A stretch of DNA of 63,261 nucleotides, filler included, from Choristocarpus tenellus KU-1152 (taxonomy: Eukaryota; Protista; Phaeophyceae): assembly GCA_964200185.2 (NCBI GenBank). It is 7 parts of 7 records of this genome, joined end to end, with 100 filler letters (N's around TTAATTAATTAA, not from the genome) between each part and the next. Parts side by side here need not be neighbours in the genome. Positions count along the whole stretch, not along the records: positions 1 to 12,149 come from CAXNAD020001954.1; 6 more parts are not named here. One strand, 5' to 3'. Positions 1 to 12,249 of this stretch are shown here, piece by piece. The notes beneath the pieces were generated by a model that was not told where the DNA came from, did no database searches, and saw only the letters and a list, made by a program, of their open reading frames with translations. The translations under genes were made by a program, and so were the position numbers. The stretch's first letter is position 1. Every line of letters starts with the position of its first letter.

Positions 1-58
1 CTAATGGACCCCCTGGTGTAGACCCTCCCCCCCCCCTCCCCCCCAGGTACTTTGGGTC
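1..58. mobile_element. MITE family A, partial copy (one end)
   Basis: AATGGAC-CCCTGGTGTAGA-polyC-CAGGTACTTTGGGTC matches the end of the full copy at 499-676. Confidence 0.75.
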
Positions 59-384
59 TTAAAACTACGAGGGTCAAAAGAACCCTCGTAGTGGGTGTGC
101 TTTCACGCCTCAGCTGCAGCAGCAGCTACACCATTGCTGGTGGATGAGTGGGGTAGATGGGAGGCTGTTTGCACTTCTGCAAAATTAACATCTAGGAGGA
201 GGCCTTTGTCTCAGTATAGAGCTGATCTGGCGTCCGCAAGTGCCTTAGCATACCAGATTCATGCGGAAATTCCTGTCCACTGTAAATGGGCTATCGTCCT
301 CCATAGTGCAAGGGAGGCCCATTCCTTTGCAGAGTTGACCTAGATGCTTCACCATTGGTGTGTGTTGGCGGACCTGTCCCTCTG

Positions 385-830
385 TCCTAGGGTGGGTATG
401 AGCATGTCTGGTACCTACATTTTGCCTCCTGCACCCGGCCACTGCGCACCTGTTGGATAGGACCTCCTCCCTCCCTAGGGCCTCCTCCCTCCCTAGGGGA
501 CTCAAAGTATCTGGGGAGGCGTAGCTGCTGTCCATTTGGGGTCAATTTTTTCATGTTACGATTTTGGGTGATTTGGTTGCTTACATCGGATGGATAATGT
601 GAATGCACTTTTCCTTATTTTCGTCCAAATGGACACCCTGGTGTAGATCCCCCCCACCCCACAGATACTTTGGGTCAGGGATCTGCTGTCGGCGAGTCTA
701 AACTCTCTGGGAGGGATCTGGCACGCTGGTTCCAGGGGTTTTGTGGAGGCCCATGCATTTGCCCCTTGTCCACACTGGCTCTGGTGGCAGGCCAGGGCTA
801 GCGAGGAACTCCCTTCCCTTGTTCTGCATC
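385..830. repeat. Dispersed repeat of unknown type, interrupted by a MITE-A insertion
   Basis: Reverse-complement similarity to ~48575-48820, which lacks the MITE (empty site CCTAGGGATCTG). Confidence 0.7.
499..676. mobile_element. MITE family A, full copy (178 bp)
   Basis: TIRs GACTCAAAGTATCTG / CAGATACTTTGGGTC. AGGG is duplicated at 495-498 and 677-680. Internal inverted TGTCCATTTGG / CCAAATGGACA. Confidence 0.85.
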
Positions 831-1031
831 AACCTATTGTAAACAGGGGAGAAGCATCAGATATTCTACGCACTACTAATAAGAAACTTTACAGGACGCT
901 AACTTTCAATCTACAGTAGTAGTACCACCATCTCTTGCATTATTCTACCGATTTCCTATAATGACACAGTGGTTTGACTGTCCCCCGACACATCTGGAAA
1001 ATGCCAGAGGAAAAAATAATACATAGACAAC

Positions 1032-1147
1032 ACAAGTGCCTCTATCAGGATGTGTCATGCGTTTTAAGCTGGAGACACTAGGGAGATAGGCATTGAGGGG
1101 TTTGTTAGATTATTGGGATGCTTCCCTAGCTCCTCACTCTGGGGTAC
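1032..1147. repeat. Short dispersed repeat
   Basis: Reverse-complement match to ~26885-27000 (TTGGGATG.TTCCCTAGCTCCTCAC core). Confidence 0.6.
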
Positions 1148-1979
1148 AGGACTAAGCTAGGTTGGAGGCACAGGAAGGCAGTGGTACAGCATAGCTGGTA
1201 GTAAAATAGTAAATAGATGATAGAAAGATGCCTTTAATATTTACAACTGTTACTTTTTGAGGGGTTGATCTGATATTGAATTGACTTTCATTGGTTTTTC
1301 CCCTGACACAGTTGCAAAATGTTAGAGGGCATAGCATATATAATAATAATATATATTGAGACATTCAGGTGTGATCAAAACCATGTCTATTAATTTAAAG
1401 ATGGGCCTGCAACTATCCACTAGTACGCTTTCTGCGATGAAAAGTGAAATCTTAGTAGTCTAAAGATTTTTAAAAAATCACAAGGCACCAAGTCCTACCA
1501 ATTCTTATGTCAAGGAAATGTAACAATTGAGCAGGAACGGTCATTACACAAACCAACACCTGTCTGTGAATGGTTTGCCCATTGAACCACTAAGATACTC
1601 TTTAATACATTTCTTATGCCAACCTTATACACTACTATTTATACAACCATAAACACGTTCCATAGAAAAGTTAATATGCTGGAAGAACACACAGCAGCTT
1701 ATAAGTCGATTTGGATATTCGTCTCAGATGAAGGCTTACTCCATAAGGTATTAAAAGCAACCGTTCCAAATGAAAAAATTATTCGGATCATCCGATTTAG
1801 AAGCCTGTAACCCCTAGAGCAAAAAAAGCATGAGAGAGCCGAAGTAGTTGAGAGGTAGGCAGGTTTTGAACCCTTTTTCATTCTAAGTAATCTATGTTAA
1901 CCTGTCCAATACACCCTATTTCACTCCTTTATTATGTGCACAATAGTGTATACAAAATTGACATGATGAGTTGACAAAT

Positions 1980-2238
1980 GAGTCAAATTATCTTAGAGGG
2001 GTAAAGCCGTGTCCATTTGGGGTCCAAAATCCAATGTTGCAATTTTGATGTAATTTTGGCTATCGTGTTTGTTAGGAAGTGTCAATATCCTTGTCCCGGA
2101 CACAAGTTTTTATAAAGTATACATTTTACCTACTCCAAAACATATTGGAGTACGTAAAACGTCATAAAAAACCCATGGGAAGCCAAGTCCCAAATGGCAA
2201 ACAAGGCAAAAATCGTACCCTCTAAGATATTTTCTCTC
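1980..2238. mobile_element. MITE family B, full copy (Sola2-like termini)
   Basis: TIRs GAGTCAAATTATCTTAGAGGG / CCCTCTAAGATATTTTCTCTC. 4-bp TSD AAAT at 1976-1979 and 2239-2242. Homologous to 28085-28334 and 43083-43339. Confidence 0.85.
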
Positions 2239-3005
2239 AAATAAATGTGTTGACATGTAGCTTTTGGAATTGGATAAATGGGTTTTGTAGGTGGATATCC
2301 CGCAGAAAGTAATGATACAGAGTGGAGTGATGAGTGAAGATTGAAGAAGTTGATGCGATCGGGTAGGAATGATATTCAATTGTTAAATGCACGTATGTAT
2401 GCTCAATTGTAGTCTGTAGCCGGTAAGAAGGAGCTTATTGAAATGAGGTTTAATCTCGCGCCGTGTCGTGCACCTGTGCGCGATTATTTGGCATCAAAAC
2501 GTGTCGTAGCTCCTTCACTCAATCAATCAATGACGATGATGATGCCTATTGGCTTTTTTTGTCGTAACCCTCTATGTATGTATGTTGTGTGCAAAGTTGT
2601 GTGTTGTACACCACCAGTACTACTACTACTCACTGTTAAGCGTAACAATAATAGATGAAGTGTTCAATGTGGAGTGAAATTCGGTTGATGACTTCGTGTT
2701 GTATGGTAATGGAAGGTCATCCCACAACACTTCTTTTGACTTTGTGATGTCCATACTATTATTGTATTCTGTAATAAATATTAATAGTATTTGAAAATGT
2801 TATTGACTATCCCGTGAACATTCCGTAACACAACAACACGATCTGTTTTTGATCAACGAAGAGTGTGGGAGATTGGTCTAATTGTGGTAGGTGATTTCAA
2901 GGTTGTTTATCGTATCCCCCTTTACCTTGAGCCAGTTGTACTCGAACCTCTGGCAAGGTACTTCAACGCCTCGAGAAAGTTGGATGTACATGCAAGACCC
3001 CTGCC

Positions 3006-6000
3006 ATGGAAACAACTTCAGACGTTGCAAGTGAGGTGGTGTCCATTAAACTGTCTCTCAAAGTGCACGAGGTCATTAAGGAGTGCCAGAACCAGAATGG
3101 AATTCGCCATGGCGATTACCAACGTTACCGTCAGTACTGTTCTCGACGCCTCAAGCGGGTGCGCTCCTCGCGAGATGTGAAGTTCTTGTTTGGCAAGGGC
3201 AAGAACTTTGTACCAAAGGTGAGAGGTGTAATTTTCGCATGAGGCTTGTCCATGATAACAATGTTGCATCTCACTACTAGACATCTCACTACTAGTCATC
3301 AGCTTCAAACAGCTTGTGCAGTGATCCTTTTAGAATTCTACCTGGTTACACTGGCTGTTCATATTTTGGCAGTATGGAAATGCTGATGGAACTGCCCCCT
3401 GTCGTTGAGGTGCGTAAACTAATTGTTCGCGAGGTAGTTGCGGCTATAACTCGAAGAAAATCTGTGTTGATTAGCGTGTTTCTACTTTATCCTCTACCTT
3501 ACTCTGCCCTCTCAATGCCATCCCATAGTATGGTCTTTAGCGACCTGTGACGGACTTGGTAGACACAATGTTTCTCCGTAGGGGTTGATTGGAGAGGGCC
3601 CATGCCAGAGGGCTTTTTTTTTCTCGGAGGGCTCTTGTACCCTTGGTATTGCAGCCACCGTGCTCTCCTTCTTGTTGCAGCTGGAGTAGTGCAGTAGCGA
3701 GATGTATATCTTTTCCTGCCTATCTTGTGATATTCCACGCTCAAACCAGTCACACCACTGTTTCGTTGGCACCCCTCTAATAAGGAACTCACTGCAGATG
3801 TAGCAACTACATCTCGGCATCTGGAGATCCCACTAATGATGGCAGAAAGGGCGTGGGCTTACGCCATGCTGAAGAAACAGGAGAGTGCAAAGGCACCATA
3901 CCGGTTCACACATCACATGATGAAGCGTCTCAGCAAGGCAGCTAAGGTGGGTTGGGGAGTACTAATGTCTCCTTGGGTGTTCTGTGGCTTGTAAGTGACC
4001 AGAATGTGAGTCTAAACATGTTCAAACCTGTAGTATACCCCCAGTACACATGTGCTCCTGAAGGCCTTTGTTGATAACTGAAAACCAGGTTGTACTACCC
4101 ACTGTGTGTGGTGGGTGCCTTTGCCACCTCTCTCCGTTCATGTACATCAGTACCCTCTTACCATTCCAAAACGCCATCTTCTAGTCCGACTGATAACCTC
4201 TGCGTCTCACTCTGGCTTGAACTTTGCAGTGGGCCAAGGATCTAGAGATGCTATGTGCAGAGACAGCAGATGAGCGGTCCTGTCTGGAGGCCAGTTCCTA
4301 CTCAGCTTGGATGTCAGGAAATGTCCTCCTGGAGAAGGAAGCTTGGGAGGAAGCCTTAGAGTTCTTCAGCACTGCACACCGCATCTGTGAGGAACTAGGC
4401 AAGGTGGGTCACATTGAAGACCAGGACCTCTTTACCCACCGTGTGGAGGAGATGGAGCCTATTCTCCGATATTGTCGTTACAACATCCAGTCCTCAGGGA
4501 AAGATGGGAACAAAGTCAAGAGTGGGGAGGCAGAGGCACAGCTGTTGGAGATGGGCAGGGGAGTGGGTGGTGCGGGGGGGGGGGACCTACTTGCTGCCAA
4601 GCTGGAGTCTGTGTTGGCTGAAGCACGCAAGAAACAGGCGCACGCCCTTGATAGTGTGGAGTGGAGGGGTCAAAGAGTACCAGTGCGATCTGAAGTGCTG
4701 CGTGTAGCACTCGTCAAGGCAGATGAGCTGGCAAAGAGGATCCTTAGCAATGGCGAGTGTGATAAAGGGACCACGGCTGGTGCTTCTGTTGTGACTGGGG
4801 CAGAGGGTGGGGTGGCAAAGGGGGCAGAAGTAAGCCCTGGGCAATATCTGAGGATGTTTGGGGCATACGATGAGGCATTGACAGCAATAGGAGAGGAGGC
4901 AGGGCGACTACAGGGCAAGGGAGGTGGGGCTAAGATGGAAGCCCAGCGGGCGGAGTATGAGGCACTGCGGGCATATGCTCAGCACCATAAGCTCTGCCTT
5001 ATGCTGCAACGCAATAAGCACCTGGTGAACGATCTGCAATCTGTATGCAAATCTGAGGAGGGGAGTGGAATTGAGGGCGCTGGGGCAGGAATCAGGTCTG
5101 GAGGAGAGGATGCTATTGGAAAGTCTGCGGATATTGTCCATGTCTATGATGCCCTGTTGCAGAGTTTACGAGCTATGATAAAAAACCTGGGGGGTGGGGA
5201 GGATGTCAACGGTGAGTGGGTGGGCTTATCTTTCTCTGGTTCTTTTGGTATGCACCCTCTCCTATGATATTTTCTCTTGCTTGGTTGTTTCACTGTGAAA
5301 AGTTGTTTTGCATTACATTATCATTCTCGGTACCTTGACATGAACCAAAAGGAAAGGTTACCTATGTCCCAGTTGAAGATTTTTTCCTTTTTTGCTAGAA
5401 TTCTGTCTGTCCCTGAGTGTTGATTCTGTCAGAAAGACACACAAAATGATGGGAAAAATTATGCTGCCGATGGTATAGAAAATAACCCCTGTAGGAGAAC
5501 ATCTGTCTTGTAGTAGGAGCCTCGTTGTTTTAATCTGGTAGTTAGATGTGTCTAGATTCAGTTTAGAGGGTAGGAAGGCATGTTCAAGAATGTCCATGAC
5601 ATGTTTATACTTATCTCTCCAGAGTCTTTGATCCTTATAGGCTGCAGAAAGAGCCCACCTGTGGATTCCACCCAAGCATGCCATGCAATACCTTTTAATT
5701 TGTCATTTAGCCTGTTGGGTGTCAAAAACGCCTGACCCAAACTAGTTGGCTGCTTCGTCCTGTGCTGAGTTGAGCATGCGATGAAACGCATGCAATGTTA
5801 GAGGAACCTTTTTTTAAAGGGTGAGAGTTTTTTCATGATGTTGTGGGAAGAGAATGAAATGAAATGAAACTGTCCTGTCACATATGCTTGGTTGGCTCAG
5901 GCTGTGAAACAAATGGTGTCATACCCTGTGATAATGATGAGAACTCTTCTCTTCATGATAAGTGCAGCATTTACAGCACACTGTTGGGCTCAGTTGTAGT

Positions 6001-7147
6001 TAAAAGTCCGGCACTTTCTGTCCGATAGTTAGGGCATGGAGTTGGCAGTCCGAAGGCTGAAAGGACCTGCCTCTCTCCCCACAGTACCCCACCCATAGGA
6101 GATTTTCCAACATCCGATGACTCTCCCTGTGGGCAGATGTCCTTGCAGAGGAGGAGGACGAACTCTTGGAGAGTGCAAGGGCAGATGAGGCAAGGTACAG
6201 AGCATTCCGCTGCTTTTACGTGACAGAGGTATTTGCCTCTAGGGAGAAGGTGAGCTTACTGATTCCATCTTGCTGATTGCCCTTGCCGATGGTTCTAGCT
6301 GGATATGAGATTAATGAATTGCACCTGAGAGCTTGCAATATTTCTAAATTCGTGATGACCTTTTCTGCTTTGGGGTGAGGGAATCGGAGTAAGGAAATCC
6401 AAGTGGTTGTGGTGCAAGGAATTTTGTTTGTTGGTATGTTTACCTCGCTTCCTTTCCCTCTTCACCTTCTCCTACCCCTCTCCATCCGAATGGCTGAGTT
6501 GTGAAACTGTAATACCTGCTATACCTATCTTTTTCTCTGACCTCACCACCTTCCCCCACCCCCTCTCCCTGCCTGCTTTGTGGTGAATCTCACACGTCCA
6601 TCCTTGCCTCTCTAATCCCCCCTTCCTTCCACTTCAGTGGTCAGAAGCAGCTGCCCTTTTTGACCACACCCGAAGGCTATGTGCAGAAGCTGCAGAGATG
6701 TTCCCTGATGGAAATGATGACCCACGGGCAAAGTCCCTTTCTCGCCTGGAGGGAATGGTGGAGGGTGCTCAACACAGACCTGCCGCCCACGCTCTTCTCA
6801 TCAAGGCCCGTAGGGAAAATGAGCTTGTGAAGGATGTTGGAGGGCTTTCCATCAGTGGTAGGGGTGGGGGAAGCAAAGGAAGGGCACCTACACTTGAGGA
6901 GAGGCTGCTTGAGTTTGATGGAGGAAGGAAGGAGGAGGCTTTCCTCATTGGGGATTTCCCACCAGGCCTTCGCCTCATGCCATGCAAGCCACGGCTACTA
7001 GATCTGGCATTTGATCACCTGGAATTCCCTGACCTTGACAACAGGGCTGGAATAATTCGGGAGATTCCACAGGAGACAGGCACAGGGGGAGGAGGGGGTG
7101 GTACAGGAATCAGGGGGTGGGTTGGATGGGCACTGGGGCGTGGTTGA
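3006..7147 (+). CDS. SRP68: Signal recognition particle subunit SRP68; exons 3006-3218, 3785-3946, 4230-5211, 6137-6249, 6638-7147
   Basis: SRP68 motifs QNQNGIRHGDYQRYRQYCSRRLKR, AERAWAYAM, PILRYCRYN and FPPGLRLMPCKPRLLDLAFDHLEFPDL. All introns are GT-AG with consistent phases; ends at TGA. Confidence 0.95.
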
Positions 7148-9207
7148 GGCAATCAATTGTTAGTATGTGTGGAAAGGTAGCGAAGTAGTTTTCAGTATTA
7201 CAGTGCTTTGAAGGTCAGGTTCTGAAATTTTGGTGTAGATCAGTGTGTGTGACTTATGGTACCAGCATCATACTGACCAGGAACATGATAGACCATGCTG
7301 CGTATCTAGCGGTATGTTTTGCTTTTGTGCGGTCAGAAAGGGTATCGTGCTTCAGTATCCGTTGGCAACACAAAGGAGGGCAATCAACTGTTTTTGATGT
7401 GGTTCACCAACGAATGAATGTTGTAGCTGAGATACCAAACGAGGGAGAAACACTCAAATCCACTAGTATGCCAATTTCCAGCAGATACACCACCTAAGAA
7501 GCAAGTTGAAACTTCAAAGAGGGTCTTCACTTCTGTTTATATTCACAATGTTCAAAACATTGCTCAAATTATTGTATTAAAGCTATGAAGCCGTTGTAGA
7601 ATTGAGACATGTATACAGAAATGAACCGTCACATGGTGTTTCCTCACACACAGGACAAATGTACCCTATAGGTCAAGGCCAGGAGCTCTGCTTATTTTTA
7701 TCGTTAACACACTTCAGACTGGTTTCCTCAGATCTGTGGTCAGAGGTACACCAACGCCTCTGCACTTGTATTGTAAACAGACTGACTTATACTTCTTCAG
7801 AGCGTGCTTGCCTTGCTTTTGGTGTGTTAGCTTGAGTCATCCCACCACTCATCAATGGAATCTTCTGGTGCTTTTTGCGCAATTAAGAAACAAAACCTAC
7901 CATCACCACGTTTCCCAGTGGTTGATATGGCATCCACAGGGTAGTACCAGAGCTCAGTAGTTCGCAGTGCTTGCAATGTCGACTGCCAATCGAAATAAGA
8001 TTCCGCTGAAACGTCTCGTCATGATCAAGACACGAATTACATGAGCGTAAGGTGTGCTGGTACGACCATTAGGCAGCAATAGAAGTCCACGTATGTATGT
8101 AGGAGTGACATATCTCAACTATTCTACCACAATTAATTGCGGAGATCTCTACAAGTAAAGTGTAAGTCTGTCATTGTTTTGGAGCCATTTCGTCCTTACA
8201 AGTGATTTTTATGTCACTCACTGGGTTTGATTGGGTTGTTTACATCCTTTCAACGTAAACCATTTTGGGTGTAATGGAACCCCAGTCTGAGAATAAGAAG
8301 AAAAAAGTCAAACACTGATATACATGAAGGCTCTTTCTTAGTCTGTAGACTTCTTGTGAAAACCCCCTTTTTTTGACGTGTGGTATCATCAAAGAACGCT
8401 CAAAAAAATCGTAAAACCCTATCGTTATCGTACAAACCACACTCCCATCATCTGTCAACATTCTGTCACGTACTCCAAACACAAGTATTCTGTTTGTTTG
8501 AGGGGTATATAAACTGAGTTCTCATTTTTCAGCTTATTGTTAGATCGTTAGACTTGGTCGTCATTGGTTTGTTGTATTGAACAGGGTTAGTGTGAGGTTC
8601 TTCACTATTTTGTGGGATAGGTGATACTGAGAACAATAGTATTGATATATCCATCATCAAGATTTTATTGTTGAGACAAAATTTGTAGTTGAAATTCGCG
8701 CGACTGGTCAACACGCGAGGGGAAGAATCAAGAAATCATCGAAATGAGTGTGTCTGGATCAATGAAGTTTGGTGTTCTTGGTGTTCTTCATTGACAGGAG
8801 GCCCTTCTCGTGGCACAGGATACGAGGAGGTGGGATACCTGGGAGGTCTTTATTAGGCTCTGCACACCTGCTCACTCTTTTACCGGGCTAGATTCGTTTG
8901 TCGGTGCGTCTTGTCTCTCTCTTGATACACTATTTGCATTTTCCTCTTGATATCCCCCTTGGTTCACAATGGAGGCAACCGATACTGATCTATAACCCAC
9001 CACCCCTGCCATCACCTCTTTGTCCACAAGGCTGAGGCTTGCAATGATTTTGTAAAGCGATGCACGTGTCAGCTGTCTAGACCTTTCTGTTGTGTTCACT
9101 TCGTTGTTAGGATGTGACTGACTCCTGATTCCCAATGCGGTTCAGGTAGGAGGGCCAGGCAAGAGTGCAGGATCATATATTGAACGAAGGGGAACATAAC
9201 AGTGAAG

Positions 9208-11358
9208 ATGTCAGCTTCGGTTGCTCTGGATGAACCAGGAGTGCCACCTGTCACGGAGATAGAGGCTTTCTTGACCGAGGTGGGTGGAGGTTTGGCGGGT
9301 TGAAGCTTCCGTCACGCAAATAGTTGTTACCCATATCCCTGCTGCAGACAGTGTACCGCTTTCATTCCTCTTGACATGTTGTTATCATTGCATGAATGGA
9401 GTGCTACCAATGTTCCTCTCCCCATTCGGAGCGGACTATTTTTCATTAGATAAGCCCAGATTTGCACCTTCTTGTGAAAGAAAATGTACCACCTTGACCT
9501 GGTCCTGACCACTCCCCTCAATTCAATTTGGGCTGGCTTTTTGTCAAGGTGGAGCTAAATATGGGCATTTTTTAGTCAGGTTTCTTCATTTTGTAACGCC
9601 AATTTGTGACACAAAGACTTTCCTTGACGTGATAGGAAGGCCCTCAAAAATGTCTGTTCAGTAATATCTCGCCGTTGGTTGGGTGTTAACTTCCCTGGTC
9701 GCACCCCATGACCCTCGGTCCACTTCACTGCCCCTTATCCAATACCTCTCCCCATCCCACAACGCCCTAGGTCGATGGTGAGTACAATCGCCGTCGGAGA
9801 GATGTACAGCCAATCACATGGAAGAGCTCTAAGATCCCTGTCAAGACCACGTTTAGCCTCCCGGTACCCGTTGAGCTTAGCGGAACCGTTGTAGACTACA
9901 GGTGTGTGACCAGGCAGGTGCATTGGTACGTTTGCAAAAGTCGAAAGAGCCTGATCGCATACGTCCAGAATTGAGCAAAATGTGTTGCCACTAGCACTAC
10001 AGTCGTGCCCCAAAAAGATGTTTCACCTCTGGTTACAACGGCAATTAACATTAGGGATGAGGTATGCTACATTTTTTCCTTTGCAAAATCCCGGGAAGGA
10101 TGGGGTGGTTCTTTGCCTGCCTTCTACGCCAAAATCGAGCGCAAAGCAGCTCCGAAATTGAAGCATTTCATGGGGTTTCCATGGCCCAGGGTTTGTATTC
10201 GGAAGTGATCGCTCAGTGCAGTCTGCAACAGTGTTACCCCGCATGTGCTTTTATATGTACTCTGTGTTTTATCTTTTGCACTTCTACTCTAGGGAGGTAG
10301 AGTGGACCTGGGTGATCTGCACCCCCTGACTAATGGTCCAGTATTTCCTTCACACTCCCAAATTCAGTGGTCAATTGCCAAAAATATCAGTCAATATCAT
10401 GATGTGATACCTGGTTCTTACGGAATCACTCCTTTGTTGTGCAATGCACATGCGTCACTCTTACATTTGCTAGGCCCTGTCGAACAGTAAAACGATGCAG
10501 CTAAACCAGGTCTATTTACTACCCTTCTTTTGGGTCTTGATTTACACTTTTCCCCTGGTAACCCCTGGCCGGCCTTGCTCCATTCTGTCGTGGGCATAGA
10601 TGCTGGGAACAAGCAGAAAACTTCAGGTATGGTACAAGGACAAAATTTGATGTATCGTCAGAATGACCTCCCTTCCCCTCTCCCCCCTGCTCTCCCGTCC
10701 CACTCAAATCGGGGATTGGCCACAGCTTCAAAACGGTGAATAATGACATTCAGTTTGGTGTGCATTTTTCAAGCGAAGGAGATAATCCGGAGACAGAAGT
10801 GGTGATAGAGACCAAGCGATTCGACAGCCACCTCGAGGCAGTCAAGGGCACATTCCACCTTGCCCACCCTGGATGCCTCACCCTTGTCTGGGACAACAGG
10901 TACTTTTGCTTATCTGTTCTTACTCATTGCTGGACTAAATGCGGTTCAAATCATAACTGTACCATATCGTGCACCCTGGCGAGCCTGAATACCCCTGCCT
11001 CGGTGACATGTCAACCCTTGAAGTTCTTCCCTCTTGACCAAATATCCCCACCATCCGATGCTGCTGTTCCTTTTTGGACTGTAAAACCTTTGACTTGATC
11101 ACAAAATGTGTGTGTGTGTGGGGGGGGGGGGGTTGTTTGTCTTGTGTGCACGTGAGCAATTGAAGGTATTCGTGGTTCACCTTTAAGGATCTAGAATACT
11201 CAATAACTCTGCATGTCCCAAGCATGCGGGCGACCGCATCTGCGAGGCACGATCGAGCCACTCATGGACTGGAGGAGTGCATCCAGACCAAGGTTGAAGC
11301 GCGGGCAAGATTGGCGGCTGCTGCAGGAGAGGAGGCAGAGGCTGTGGCATCGATCAAG
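9208..11358 (+). CDS. GOLD-domain protein, partial; exons 9208-9279, 9771-9777 (putative microexon), 10003-10061, [unresolved exon(s)], 10726-10899, 11166-11358
   Basis: Spliced FKTVNNDIQFGV...FDSHLEAVKGT...PGCLTLVWDNR|YSWFTFKDLEY fits the GOLD signature and is followed by a coiled-coil-like stretch. The 5' exons are less certain and the 3' end was not found before the contig break. Confidence 0.7.
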
Positions 11359-12149
11359 GTGCACATTATTTTTGGAGGCATTTTGGCGTCTGTTTTATTT
11401 TGTGAGGGAATATTTCTTTTATTAATATTTGAACCGTTTTGCTATCAGAGAACGATATTTCTTCCCATGAAACCTAATCGACTCGAGCAGGCACCGTTGA
11501 CCTATTGCTTTCGTAGTAATTCATGCAGAAGAAGAAAGGTTTAGGATAAAGATATCACCTCTTGTACACGAGCACCAGGGCAGTGGACACATGCAGTATG
11601 ATCCATGCGTCCATCAGCGAATCGTGCAACTTGTTGGTTCCAATGCTCCGCTCGTTTGTTTGTTCAATGCTACTGCCAATATTGGATCGGGATTAGGGTT
11701 CACCCTATCTGATGCACTCCATCTTTCATGGTGTGTAGTGTGGATACGGGTGTCCAATATCATAAGATACCTTGGGAATTGAGGTCTGCATGGACTAGTT
11801 AGTAGGGGGCAGAAAGTTCCTTCTTGCCGTACATGAAGGACTTGACATCGAAGTACATCCTTCCACGCGTCTGAATGCTTGCAAAGGAGAGTTGTGGCTA
11901 TCTTGGTGCTTCTGCCAAGATACTGAACAGGTTGAATTTGCCCCTGTTGAGAACCAATGTGATCTGTTGGCGATGGAGCGGGTCAGTTAGGATGACTCCC
12001 CCCTCCTTGTGACTGTGTTGACTCATCGTGTTTGCTGTCTCAAGAAATAGAAGAAAACTTCACTCAAGAGGGGGGGGGGGGGTGCGCCAGGATCGCTTTC
12101 CCAAGGTCGATTAGGTTTTGGCCTCAAGTTTGTCTTTTGCTTGATTTTT

Positions 12150-12249
12150 NNNNNNNNNNNNNNNNNNNNNNNNNNNNNNNNNNNNNNNNNNNNTTAATTA
12201 ATTAANNNNNNNNNNNNNNNNNNNNNNNNNNNNNNNNNNNNNNNNNNNN
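12150..12249. other. Artificial contig linker (N44-TTAATTAATTAA-N44)
   Basis: Same 100-nt linker with six-frame stops also at 27954-28053, 40857-40956, 45245-45344, 48821-48920 and 55376-55475. A separate 10-N gap is at 31589-31598. Confidence 0.97.

Noticed and set aside
1690-1810. Second possible foreign AT-rich fragment, open on both strands
   Set aside because: No recognisable family and no definable junctions; would need BLASTX.
12150-12249. Recurrent TTAATTAATTAA palindrome as a biological motif
   Set aside because: Always centred in an identical N-padded 100-nt block, so it is an artificial six-frame-stop linker.
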